The notes beneath the pieces were generated by a model. That model was not told where the DNA came from. It saw only the letters and a list, made by a program, of their open reading frames with translations, and ran no database searches. This document shows positions 38,735-51,074 of a DNA stretch of 64,000 nt, piece by piece; positions within the stretch are counted from its first letter, which is position 1, and each line of letters starts with the position of its first letter. The position numbers and the translations under genes are program-made. Origin of the DNA: Eledone cirrhosa. Taxonomy: Eukaryota. Location: contig OZ024755.1 in assembly GCA_964016885.1 (NCBI GenBank), positions 32,984,001 to 33,048,000 on the forward strand. Reading direction: 5' to 3'.

Positions 38735-39407
38735 TTAAAGATGTGGTGTGTTGTTATACAAACAATCCTTTCATATCAATATTCCTAATATGTGGACTGT
38801 TGCTATTGTTGTTCAACGGAAGGAAACATAAATAATTGTCTTTGAACTTCTTGAATGTGTGATTTGGAAATGTTTTTTTTAATCCTTTCATTACCATATT
38901 TTTAATTAAAGACATTGTCTATGATTTTCAAATAATTTTGAATATGATCAGGAATTTGAAAGTATTATATATCATGACTTGCCATCTCATTATTTATCTT
39001 GTGTTTGGAGCATAACTTAACAAATGTTTTTACATAAACTTATGATGGAAGGCATTTAAATAGATATAAACACTTTAAAACAGTGTAAAAATGTAGAACC
39101 AGGGGCTGTTTTGTATGAAAAGGCTTAATCAAAGTTTTTAGTTTGTGTTTCTTCATATATGACAAAGGTATCTCTATTCACAACAGGAGAAGACAACAGT
39201 GAAGGAGAGAGAGAGAGAAAGAGAAATAGTGAGACAGAGAGGGTGAGAGAGTGGGGAGAGGCAAGACATTAAAAACAAAAGTAAAAGTGGGCATGATAAA
39301 CAATGAAATAAATGTAGTAAAAGTATTACAAAAGAGACCAGTATTCATAGCAAATGCATGTTAAAACATTTTCCCAAATCACATGCATACATATAACATC
39401 AATATCA

Positions 39408-39595
39408 TTGGATTGGCAGTATCGGTAGAGAGTCGGACGCCATGATTTCCAGCAGAGTTACGTCCCTGTATGGTCTGAGTTCAAATCCCGCCGAGGTTAA
39501 CTTTGTCTTTCATCCTTACGGGGGTCGATAAAATAAAGTACCAGTAATGCACTGGGATAATTGCTAGCCTTGTGCCAAAAGTAGAAACAATTATC
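39408..39595 (+). mobile_element. SINE family B
   Basis: Consensus match. Confidence 0.8.
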
Positions 39596-40370
39596 ATTCA
39601 ACATCTACTTTCCATGCTTGTATGTATGTTATAACGAGTCAAGACAAGACAGTCTGGAACTAGATGTTGAAATGGCAAGAGCTCAAACATCGGGTCTCGA
39701 CTCTTTATAACATATATTGATGGCTGCAAACTCTGCTAAGAGTGTTGCAATCACTTGTCAGATTACAGAAAATGGTGCACTTTTTAGGCTACGGCCAGCC
39801 ACACGAACCTGAAACATATCCTGAACAAGCAATGCCTGTGCTTTGAAGGTTTTTTTAAGTGGATAAAGGCTTTGCAATCAATCAAGAATACACAAAAAGG
39901 AGAACTGGTCAACATCATCGGATGCTTCTGAAGCTGCAGTTTTTTTTTTCAGAGTTTCCCTCTCTTAGAAAGGTGTTGCAACAACAACTGGGGGCCTTTC
40001 ACTACCAGGTGAGAAAAAAAAGTACTATTTGTATAACATGGTGGCTGCCAACTCGTTTTCGAGTACGGCCACTACTTTATATACATGTAGGAGAACTCCT
40101 ACCGATGCGCTGAACGAGTGTGACTTTTTAGTCCAGCCAGCGACTTGAAAACTCTGGTACAAACACTACACCTGCGACAATTATTGACACATAGAAAATT
40201 TGTATAACATACATACTTATATACATACATACAAGTATACCTCATGGTTTAGGAAGCAGCTTTTGAAGTGATCCTCCGACATACATACATACGTTTTGAC
40301 ATCGTGTTGCAGCTTCAGTTGGCACTAGCCAGGGGGGTGGCTACTGTGATTTTTAGTCCTAACTCATTAA

Positions 40371-43254
40371 CACTTTAGCATTTAAACCGACCATATCTGA
40401 CCAGAATTCTCTCACCCCTTTCTGTTCAAACTGGCTGTAACCTGCCACTCATACCGATGTTAAGGTATTGTTCTCAAAATAAATAACATCAAAATCTCAT
40501 AGCTTTGATATTATGTGAGATATTATGTAAGGTAAAGCCTTTACTGTGAAAATATAATAGTATATATAGAGTAAGGTAAATGTTATGTGAGATATTATGT
40601 AAGGTAAAGCCTTTACTGTGAAACTACAATAGTATATATAGAGTAAGGTAAATGTTATGTGAGATATTATGTAAGGTAAAGCCTTTACTGTGAAAATATA
40701 ATAGTATATATAGAGTAAGGTAAATGTTATGTGAGATATTATGTAAGGTAAAGCCTTTACTGTGAAAATACAATAGTATATATAGAGTAATGTAAATGTT
40801 ATGTGAGATATTATGTGAGGTAAAGCCTTTACTGTGAAAATATAATAGTATATATAGAGTAAGGTAAATGTTATGTGAGATATTATGTAAGGTAAAGCCT
40901 TTACTGTGAAAATATAATAGTATATATAGAGTAATGTAAATGTTATGTGAGATATTATGTGAGGTAAAGCCTTTACTGTGAAAATACAATAGTATATATA
41001 GAGTAATGTAAATATTATGTGAGATATTATGTAAGGTAAAGCCTTTACTGTGAAAATACAATAGTATATATAGAGTAATGTAAATGTTATGTGGGATATT
41101 ATGTGAGGTAAAGCCTTTACTGTGAAAATATAATAGTATATATAGAGTAAGGTAAATGTTATGTGAGATATTATGTAAGGTAAAGCCTTTACTGTGAAAA
41201 TATAATAGTATATATAGAGTAAGGTAAATGTTATGTGAGATATTATGTGAGGTAAAGCCTTTACTGTGAAAATACAATAGTATATATAGAGTAATGTAAA
41301 TGTTATGTGAGATATTATGTGAGGTAAAGCCTTTACTGTGAAAATACAATAGTATACATAGAGTAATGTAAATGTTATGTGAGATATTATGTGAGGTAAA
41401 GCCTTTACTGTGAAAATACAATAGTATACATAGAGTAATGTAAATGTTATGTGAGATATTATGTGAGGTAAAGCCTTTACTGTGAAAATACAATAGTATA
41501 TATAGAGTAATGTAAATGTTATGTGAGATATTATGTGAGGTAAAGCCTTTACTGTGAAAATACAATAGTATATATAGAGTAATGTAAATGTTATGTGAGA
41601 TATTATGTGAGGTAAAGCCTTTACTGTGAAAATATAATAGTATATATAGAGTAAGGTAAATGTTATGTGAGATATTATGTAAGGTAAAGCCTTTACTGTG
41701 AAAATATAATAGTATATATAGAGTAATGTAAATGTTATGTGAGATATTATGTGAGGTAAAGCCTTTACTGTGAAAATACAATAGTATATATAGAGTAATG
41801 TAAATATTATGTGAGATATTATGTAAGGTAAAGCCTTTACTGTGAAAATACAATAGTATATATAGAGTAATGTAAATGTTATGTGGGATATTATGTGAGG
41901 TAAAGCCTTTACTGTGAAAATATAATAGTATATATAGAGTAAGGTAAATGTTATGTGAGATATTATGTAAGGTAAAGCCTTTACTGTGAAAATATAATAG
42001 TATATATAGAGTAAGGTAAATGTTATGTGAGATATTATGTGAGGTAAAGCCTTTACTGTGAAAATACAATAGTATATATAGAGTAATGTAAATGTTATGT
42101 GAGATATTATGTGAGGTAAAGCCTTTACTGTGAAAATACAATAGTATACATAGAGTAATGTAAATGTTATGTGAGATATTATGTGAGGTAAAGCCTTTAC
42201 TGTGAAAATACAATAGTATACATAGAGTAATGTAAATGTTATGTGAGATATTATGTGAGGTAAAGCCTTTACTGTGAAAATACAATAGTATATATAGAGT
42301 AATGTAAATGTTATGTGAGATATTATGTGAGGTAAAGCCTTTACTGTGAAAATACAATAGTATATATAGAGTAATGTAAATGTTATGTGAGATATTATGT
42401 GAGGTAAAGCCTTTACTGTGAAAATACAATAGTATATATAGAGTAATGTAAATGTTATGTGAGATATTATGTGAGGTAAAGCCTTTACTGTGAAAATACA
42501 ATAGTATACATAGAGTAATGTAAATGTTATGTGAGATATTATGTGAGGTAAAGCCTTTACTGTGAAAATACAATAGTATATATAGAGTAATGTAAATGTT
42601 ATGTGAGATATTATGTGAGGTAAAGCCTTTACTGTGAAAATACAATAGTATATATAGAGTAATGTAAATGTTATGTGGGATATTATGTGAGGTAAAGCCT
42701 TTACTGTGAAAATACAATAGTATATATAGAGTAATGTAAATGTTATGTGAGATATTATGTGAGGTAAAGCCTTTACTGTGAAAATACAATAGTATACATA
42801 GAGTAATGTAAATGTTATGTGAGATATTATGTGAGGTAAAGCCTTTACTGTGAAAATACAATAGTATATATAGAGTAATGTAAATGTTATGTGAGATATT
42901 ATGTGAGGTAAAGCCTTTACTGTGAAAATACAATAGTATATATAGAGTAATGTAAATGTTATGTGAGATATTATGTGAGGTAAAGCCTTTACTGTGAAAA
43001 TACAATAGTATATATAGAGTAATGTAAATGTTATGTGAGATATTATGTGAGGTAAAGCCTTTACTGTGAAAATACAATAGTATATATAGAGTAATGTAAA
43101 TGTTATGTGAGATATTATGTGAGGTAAAGCCTTTACTGTGAAAATACAATAGTATATATAGAGTAATGTAAATGTTATGTGAGATATTATGTGAGGTAAA
43201 GCCTTTACTGTGAAAATACAATAGTATATATAGAGTAATGTAAAAACTAAAGGG
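40371..43254 (+). mobile_element. piggyBac-like MITE P1 containing an expanded 72-bp array
   Basis: TTAA-CACTTTAGCATTTA ... CTAAAGGG-TTAA. Confidence 0.8.
40511..43243. repeat. 72-bp minisatellite, about 38 copies
   Basis: Unit GTGAGATATTATGTGAGGTAAAGCCTTTACTGTGAAAATACAATAGTATATATAGAGTAATGTAAATGTTAT. Confidence 0.95.
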
Positions 43255-43367
43255 TTAAATACGGTTATTAACCTTTTCCTGAACGTATCATGGTCATGGC
43301 CATTTTGATGGCTCAATAGAGGTGAGTGGGGGAGAAGGAAGAGTTTACTATTTTGTATTTAGAAGTA

Positions 43368-43671
43368 CAGGTTCACAATCTCTTATCCAAAAGCCTTGGG
43401 ATCAATCACTTTTTGGATTTCGGAATGGAACATTTTTATCATGGATTTTAAATTTTTTTTAGATAAAACGTTACATGGGAATCTTAGTAAAAGTTGGCTT
43501 AGTGAGCAACAGAAGTGATGGTAGGAGCACTGAGATGCCACTGGGTTGACTGTGGGTTGTTTTCGGTCAAGTTTGGTGCCAGCTTTGGTGAGCAGACGAC
43601 ATCCTGGAAAAAATGTACAGTTTTCGGAGCTTTTCGGTTTTCAGCATTTCGGATAAAAGATTGCGAACCTG
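43368..43671. mobile_element. Tc1/mariner (pogo-like) MITE
   Basis: TA-CAGGTTCACAATCTCTTATCC ... GGATAAAAGATTGCGAACCTG-TA. Confidence 0.75.
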
Positions 43672-44178
43672 TAATACTCATATGTTAAGAGATTGAAGGT
43701 AGTTTGGTCTAGCTCATATAAGTCATTAGTTTCATCATGATGAAATATTTTAAGAGAACCTAAACATTTTTTATATCTAAGCATGTCTTAGATGAACTCA
43801 ACTCTTAACAACATACATTTCAAAGATGTCGAACTAAAAAGCTGCGGCAATAATTCCCCAGTGAAACGGGCGTATTCGACAGTTGAAAATGTGAATTTAA
43901 CCTAATTTTGTGTGTATATATATATATATATATATATGCATATATATATATATATATATGTATATATATGTGTGTGTGTGTGTATATATATATGTATATA
44001 TGTATGTATGTATGTATGTATATTGTATATTCATATATATATGTATGTATGTATGTATATTGTATATTCATATATATGTATGTATGTATATTGTATATTC
44101 ATATATAACTATATATATATGTATATATATTTGTATGTATATATATGTGTGTGTATGTATGTGTGTGCATACACACAG

Positions 44179-44218
<40 letters not shown>

Positions 44219-45432
44219 GATAACATGGAGAATGAAAACATTATCTTTTGAGGAAAAAAAAATACATTAATGATACATTTTGAATGAGAGAAAGTATTCC
44301 CCCTCTCTTATTTCAACTTTTGAGCTACAAAAATACTTGTGCTGAATATATCTTAAATTGATAAAGGTTATCATGCACAAAGTGTTACTTTCTAATTCTT
44401 TGAATATTCCATGCTGGCATGACTTTTTTCTCAAACAGGTTGCTGTTTTTTTGTGATGTTTGAATAGAAATCTTAGTTATGTATTTAACTGTAAAAATCA
44501 AACACACCATAATAGTTAATGGTAGAAGGTTAAAGGCTACAGAAAAATCTCAGAAATGGTTTTGTTGGTTTCTATTTTATTTTTTCTATTTTCGTTTGTT
44601 TGATGTTTGATTTTTTTTTCTATTTTCCCTACTCAATTCTTCCATAATAGATTTCATTTCAGTTTTAGATTGAGGTATTACAGAGATTTAAACCACCAAA
44701 TTATATAACTTTTTAGCAGTAAAGTGTTTGGCTAATAACCATAAAAAAAAATTTAAAAAAAACACCTTAAAATGCCAGTAGCTATCTTTGATCGATATGA
44801 CCCATATATTTTGGTTAACAATATCTTGAAATAATCTTGGGAATATAGTGGAGATTGTTGGTTGAAGCAGTTGACACCTCTCAGTTGCAATGTCTTACAC
44901 CATATTCTCGTTAAAAAATACCTCTTTTTATTCTATTTACTGTATAGGGTCTAGCTGTCATTAAATGCATATCTGCAGGGAATAGAAGATGTTATTGCTA
45001 ATAGTAGAGGACAAAGGAACCTAAAAACCGAGCCTTTGGCACCATGACAGTGTTAATAATACGATAATATATAGCGAATATAAAGAAAAAACAAAAAACA
45101 TGTGGTTCTATCATGTATGAGATTTTCATATATATATATATATATATATATCACTGAACCACATCTTTGAAGATATTAACTTAGCAATGGGATTGATGTG
45201 TGAGTCACTTGGGCAATAATGTTACACTTTAATTCTTCCTCGTGGCAAAATATTTTATTCCAGTTTATGAACTTGTATTTATTGCTTTTGTTGCAGACCA
45301 TCGCTAGTTTCCTTGCTTTTGATGCAGACCATCGCTAGTTTCCTTGCTTTTTACCTCACCTTTGATAAAAAGTTCATCGGATTTATTGGAAATGTCCAAT
45401 TATGAAACAAATATGCATGCAACATGGTCCAG

Positions 45433-45812
45433 TAATAATTGTTTCTACTTTTGGCACAAGGCCAGCAATTACCTCAGTACATTACTGGTACTTTATTTTA
45501 TCGACTTTGTAAGGATGAAAAGCAAAATTAACCTCGGCGATATTTGAACTCAGACTGTAAAAGGGTGTAACTCTATGCTGCAAAGCATGATGTCTGACCT
45601 TCTACCGATACTGCCAAAGCAGTAATAATTGTTTCTACTTTTGGCACAAGGCAAGCAATTACCCCAGTGCATTACTGGTACTTTATTTTATCGACCCCTG
45701 TAAGGATGAAAGGCAAAGTTTATTTTGGCGGGATTTGAACTCAGACCGTAAAGGGGTGTAACTCAATGCTTCAAAGCTGGTGTCTGACCTTCTACCGATA
45801 CTGCCAATCCAG
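45433..45812 (-). mobile_element. Head-to-tail SINE B pair
   Basis: Consensus matches. Confidence 0.8.
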
Positions 45813-45881
45813 TAATAATTGGAATAGTCAAGCAATTTAATCCAAATACACAGGTCTGCAGTAATTTTATATTTTGAAGGT

Positions 45882-46270
45882 GGAGGCACATGGCTTAGTG
45901 GTTAGAGCATTGGCCTTGCAATCGAAAGGTTGTGAGTTCAACTCTCCGACCGGGTGATGTGTTGTTTCCTTGAGCAAGACACTTTATTTCACATTGCTCC
46001 AGTTTACTCAGCTGTAGAAATGAGATGATAGGACTGGGGTACCTATCATTCCACTGCAAAGTGGTCGTGGAGGTGCCACGGCAAAAAAGCACCCAGCCCA
46101 CACTACAAAGTGGTCGTGGAGGTGCCACGGCAAAAAAGCACCCAGCACTCACTGTAAATGAGGTTGGTGTTAGGAAGGGCATCTAGCTGTAGAAATCAAG
46201 CCAGAATCAGTTCCCGTCCCACCCTTGCAAGCAGGGAAAAGCGGACGTAAAAATGAAATGATGATGATGA
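45882..46270 (+). mobile_element. SINE family A with an internal repeat
   Basis: Consensus match; AAAGTGGTCGTGGAGGTGCCACGGC is duplicated. Confidence 0.85.
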
Positions 46271-46373
46271 AGGTGGTTTGACACACCTAGTGAAACTAGA
46301 AAATATCTTTCTCCAACTACTTCATATTGAATTAGGTTTGAGAAAACTAGTTGATAAAGCTTTAGTAGTTTAA

Positions 46374-46597
46374 CCCTTCAGCATTTAAACCAGACAAATC
46401 CGGCCAGAATTCTCTCACCTCTCTCTGTTCAAACTGGCTGTAACTGGCTGCTTATACTTATGTTAAGGTATTGTTCTCAAAATAGATAATAATATCAAAA
46501 TCTCATAGATTCAATATGATGTGAGATAATTATGTAAGATAAAACCTTTACCACAAAAATACAATAGTATATATAGAGTAATGTAAATGCTAAAGGG
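46374..46597 (+). mobile_element. piggyBac-like MITE P1, unexpanded reference copy
   Basis: TTAA-CCCTTCAGCATTTA...TAAATGCTAAAGGG-TTAA, 224 bp, one 72-bp unit. Confidence 0.8.
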
Positions 46598-47305
46598 TTA
46601 AACGGCTTATCAAAGTATATTTTCTCTACAGCTATTTAGAATAAGGATTTCTACTATAGGCAGCACAAGGCCGGCAATTTTGGGGTGGGGAAAGTTTATT
46701 AAATCAACCCCAGTGCATTACTGGTGCTTTATTTTATCAACTCCATTAGGATGAAAGGCAAATCTAACCGTGGCAGGATTTGAACTCAGAACGTAAAGGG
46801 CCATAAGAAAGAGGTGAGAGAATTCTGGCCAAATATGGCCAGTTTAAATGCTAAAGGGTTAAAAGACCACTTTTAAAATCAAACGAAAAAGAAGCCAAAA
46901 TGGGGAAGGCATGGCAGACTCTACATCACAGTCTAGGTCATATATCTCAGCTGTGCTCTGTGGATAAAATGGTGATGGCATTGCTGTAGAAAACAGCTAG
47001 TGATACCCACTGCATCCTCACAGAATTCCTGCCTCAGGCAGGATACACTTTTCCTGATTTTGCAAAGGAAAAAGGCTGAGGACCCCAGTTGTCTCAGCAA
47101 CAACCGGTACAAAAAGGAAGCAGTTGGTCAAGTCCCATTTGTATGTTGTTGCTTTCTTATATGGTGAGAAAGGTTGTTTTCTTCATGTTCTCTTATTAAA
47201 ACAATTACTTTTCTTCTTACTACATACTTTGACACTAAACTTCACCAGTTGCATCAACATGTGATATCTCTCTCCACAAAGTTCCATCACCAGCAGCAGA
47301 GTTTA

Positions 47306-47900
47306 AAGAGCAAAGATCAAGTCCAGTCCATAAGTTGACATTATCAAGCCATCATTTTGGCTGCCGGCCTCTGCTTCTCTTACCAGCCAATCTTCCTTCC
47401 AGGAATATATAATACCTTTTGATAACCATAACAGAGTTCAAAGAGCAAAGATCAAGTCCAGTCCATAAGTTAACATTATCACGCCATCGTTTGGCTGTCG
47501 GCCTCTGCTTCTCTTACCAGCCAACCTTCCTTCCAGGCATAACCTACTCACACCACGAGTTGATCTTTTTATATGACCGTATAGTTTGAGTACTCTTGAC
47601 TTGACAATTGATGTAATTGGTCTAAGCCTGGTAATGTTGAGCAGCTCACTGATACAGATACGGTCGCTGAGCCGCTTGCCAGTCATAAGTCTCATGATGT
47701 GGTTCTGGAATGTAGAGAGCTTCTGAAGTGACCTTGTCATCCAATGAACACAGTCAAGACCATATAACACAACTGGTAGGATGTAAGTATTGAAGATCTT
47801 AGCCTTGAAATGATAGGAAACTCGTTTTGATATTAGTACTTCCTTGTTCCTGTTGAAAGCTGGCCAACCTAGAGCGATGTGATACTGCGCAGCAACCATT
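47306..47900 (-). mobile_element. RTE-clade RT C-terminal fragment with a duplicated 3' segment
   Basis: ORF 47438-47899: KAKIFNTYILPVVLYG..FQNHIMR..YGHIKR..GKRSRGR; 47306-47405 repeats 47441-47536. Confidence 0.8.
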
Positions 47901-48106
47901 CCATTGTTGTTTGATGATAGTTTGTGACCGAGATATACAAACTTTTCTTCTGCATACTTCTAAATATTTTTCTAGACACACTTAGGTTAATTAAAACAGA
48001 GCATTGCGTAGCCAGCCAAACCATATAGAAGTGATGTAATTTCTGCCCAGTGCTCTGAATATCAAAGTGAAGAAATATTTTCTAATAGTTTTCTATTTGT
48101 ATCTAT

Positions 48107-48325
48107 CCATCCATCCATCCATATCCAGTTTTGATCTTTAGGGTACTGCGGTTGTCCTGGACTCCAAGGTAGACAACACCAGGCAATGTCTCACAGCTGC
48201 TCTCCATGAATTTTTGTCCATAGTATCGACATCGGCTTAGTTCCATTTATACAAATCACTCTTCACGCACTCCAACCATGTCTTCCTTGGTCTGCCGTGA
48301 TCTCTAGAGCCAGGGATTGCCAAGT
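48107..48325 (-). mobile_element. RTE-like 3' end
   Basis: Encodes GRPRKTWLECVKSDL; (GGAT)n tail. Confidence 0.6.
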
Positions 48326-48846
48326 AAGTGTTGGAGTTAATGCATGTAATAGATCTTTATTTATATCAGGCGCCGTCCTATCTCAGAGTTAGATAAGTAT
48401 ATCCAACATATATCTACTTTAAGAGAAAGGTTTCAGAATGAAGTTAATGGGGTTCAAGTTTCTCTATTCATTTAACATCCACTATATTATGTTAAGGTTT
48501 AACTAGGAGAGTTAGTGTATTACTTAGCCATTAAATTATTTCTAACATCATGTTAAGTTTTTAATATAATATTAATCTAACTCTTCTGTAATCATTTTCT
48601 AGTTGTCTTCATGTCTATGTTTTATATCTTATAAGTTTCATTGAAGCCTAAGTAAGCATTTATATTAGTGGCTTTGTTATAATTCTCTCATTTCAGTGTC
48701 TGAATCTAATGTTCTCAGGTTTCATTTAATTTATCTCTTCTTATAGTAGCTTTGACACATCCTAGATGAATTATTGAACTGGGTATTGACCTTTGTAAAC
48801 AGCCATTCATTTGGAGGAAATTTGTATATATTATCCTTAACATTTA

Positions 48847-49200
48847 TAATTGTTTCTATTTTTGGCACAAGGCCAGCAATTATCCCAGTGCATTACTGGT
48901 ACTTTAGTTTATTGACCCCAAGGATGAAAGGCAAAGTTAACCTCGGCAGGATTTGAGCTCAGACCGTAAAGGGACATAATTCTATGCTGCAAAGCATGGT
49001 GTCCGACCCTAATAATTGTTCCTACTTTTGGCACAAGGCCAGCAATTACCCAGTGCATTACTGGTATTTTATTTTATGGACGCTGTAAGGATGAAAGGAA
49101 AAGTTAACCGTGGCGGGATTTGAACTCAGAATGGCAAGGGCCATAACTCTATGCGTCAAAGCATGGCGTCCGACCCTCTACTGATACTGCCAAACCACTG
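48847..49200 (-). mobile_element. Head-to-tail SINE B pair
   Basis: Consensus matches. Confidence 0.8.
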
Positions 49201-49739
49201 CCCTCGCAGCATATGAAATAGTATTTTATAAAGTGACTTCAATTAAAAGAAAGCATTTTTTTTCTTTTCGTGAAGTCTAAGTTCATAGAGACATTTTGTA
49301 TATTTCTTGGCTAAACTTTTCATATTTTAACTTCGAAATTTGCTATGTATAATGAATGTTTCTAAGAAAAAATTGAAATGATATCCTGGTGATAAAAACA
49401 AAAGTGTTGGCTGAATAACTGCAGCTAAAAACATTGATACTTTGATTAAAGTGAGGTTTTTGAAATAAATATGCCGTAAGTAGTCAAAGTTGACTGACCT
49501 ATATGGATTTCCTGGTATTGGAGGTGGAGGTATGTGGCCTAGTGGTAAGGGTGTTGGGTTTATAATCATAATGTTGTGGGTTCGATTCCTGGGCTGGGTT
49601 GTGTGTTGTGTTCTTGAGCAAAACACTTCATTTCACATTGTTCCAGTATACTGTTATTTCTAGTAATGCAAGTGACCATGAAAAGATACCCTTGGCTTAT
49701 GATGTTGTTGTTGAGGTTTAGACTAGTTTTTTCCTCATC

Positions 49740-50357
49740 AAACAAACAACCACTATATTGACTCTCAGAAGGATATGCTTTTGCAATCCAAGACCAGTTA
49801 ATCAATATAAAATACCTAATTCACAAAAGAGATAGGGATGCAAGCAAAAACCTAAATGTGACAACAAATGTACACTCTGCAGAATTAATATTGAATATGT
49901 CACCTATGTCATAAGCAGCTGTCCAAAGATGCCATCGCGGTACTATCTACCTATGAGGCATGATGTAGTGGCCAAAACATTGTACAATGCAATCTGTAGA
50001 AAAGATAGCCACGAAGATAAACATATTAAAAGTTCCAGCACTGTGGAAGACATACATATATATAATATGAAAGAGTACTGGTGGAATGTTCCAGTAAAAA
50101 ACCCAATAAAATGCAGCCATAACAGACCAGATATTATGATATGGGACAGGGAAAAGAAGGCATGCACAGTAGTGGAAGTTAGCTGCCCAGCAGATGCCAA
50201 TATAATATTAAAGATTAGCAAAAAGGAGAATATTTATGCAGAACTAATGAGGAATCTGCAGATATTCCACCCTAACTATACCTTCAGATTTATACCAGTG
50301 ATTATTGGAGCAATGGGATACGTTAGTAACTGCCCCAGTGCAAATCTTGAGAAGCTG
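49740..50357 (+). mobile_element. R4/Dong-like CCHC plus RLE endonuclease fragment
   Basis: ORF 49929-50390: RHDVVAK..RPDIMIWD..VVEVSCP..KENIY..PVIIGAMG; same family as 2440-3385. Confidence 0.85.
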
Positions 50358-51074
50358 GTTGGTCAATCAATGATAAACATTGATTGCTAGCTAAATTAAT
50401 TTTAAAAATATAAAATATACTGAAGTGAAAACCCAAACCAAACAGTGAGTGTGTTTTATTATATATAAATATAACATTAACAAGGAATGCTAGGTTTTAA
50501 ATGACAACAACGTCCTACACAAAAGAGAAGAAAGAAAGAAATAGAATTGAGTTATATCTGTACAATATCTGCTGAATAAAACATTTTTTAAATGAAGGAA
50601 AAGTAATTAATTAGATATAATATTAGAAATTTTATGTTATACAATGAAAAATATATAATATAAATTATAAATAAAAAGTTTTAATTGTATAGAAATTATA
50701 AATTCACAATATTTCTAAACAGTATATAGGATAATGTAGATAATATAAAATCTTATAGAAATTCTGTAAAATATAATTCTTAAAATATAATTCTAAAAGA
50801 AATAATAGTTAATGATATTATTATAATATATTGATATCTACTTTATAAATGAAATAATTAAATCTAATTTTTGTTATTAAAATTTCGAAAATATTAAGTT
50901 TAGATATTTATTATTAACTTAAAATCCTTATTTAAACCAGGATAGACATTTACAATGTAATAATATACAAAGATATTAGTAGATTATTAGTTTATTTAGA
51001 ATTTGATTATTTGAATCATAATAGAAAGAATATATGCTTAATTATGGATTACAGGGATATGGAATTTGTTTTAA

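Noticed and set aside
40497-43316. 939-aa and 865-aa ORFs
   Set aside because: Translations of a stop-free 72-bp satellite inside a MITE; no protein-like features
44870-45055. Possible CR1/L2 RT relic on the minus strand
   Set aside because: Only a faint resemblance to the QGSVLGP motif across frameshifts; too degraded to support
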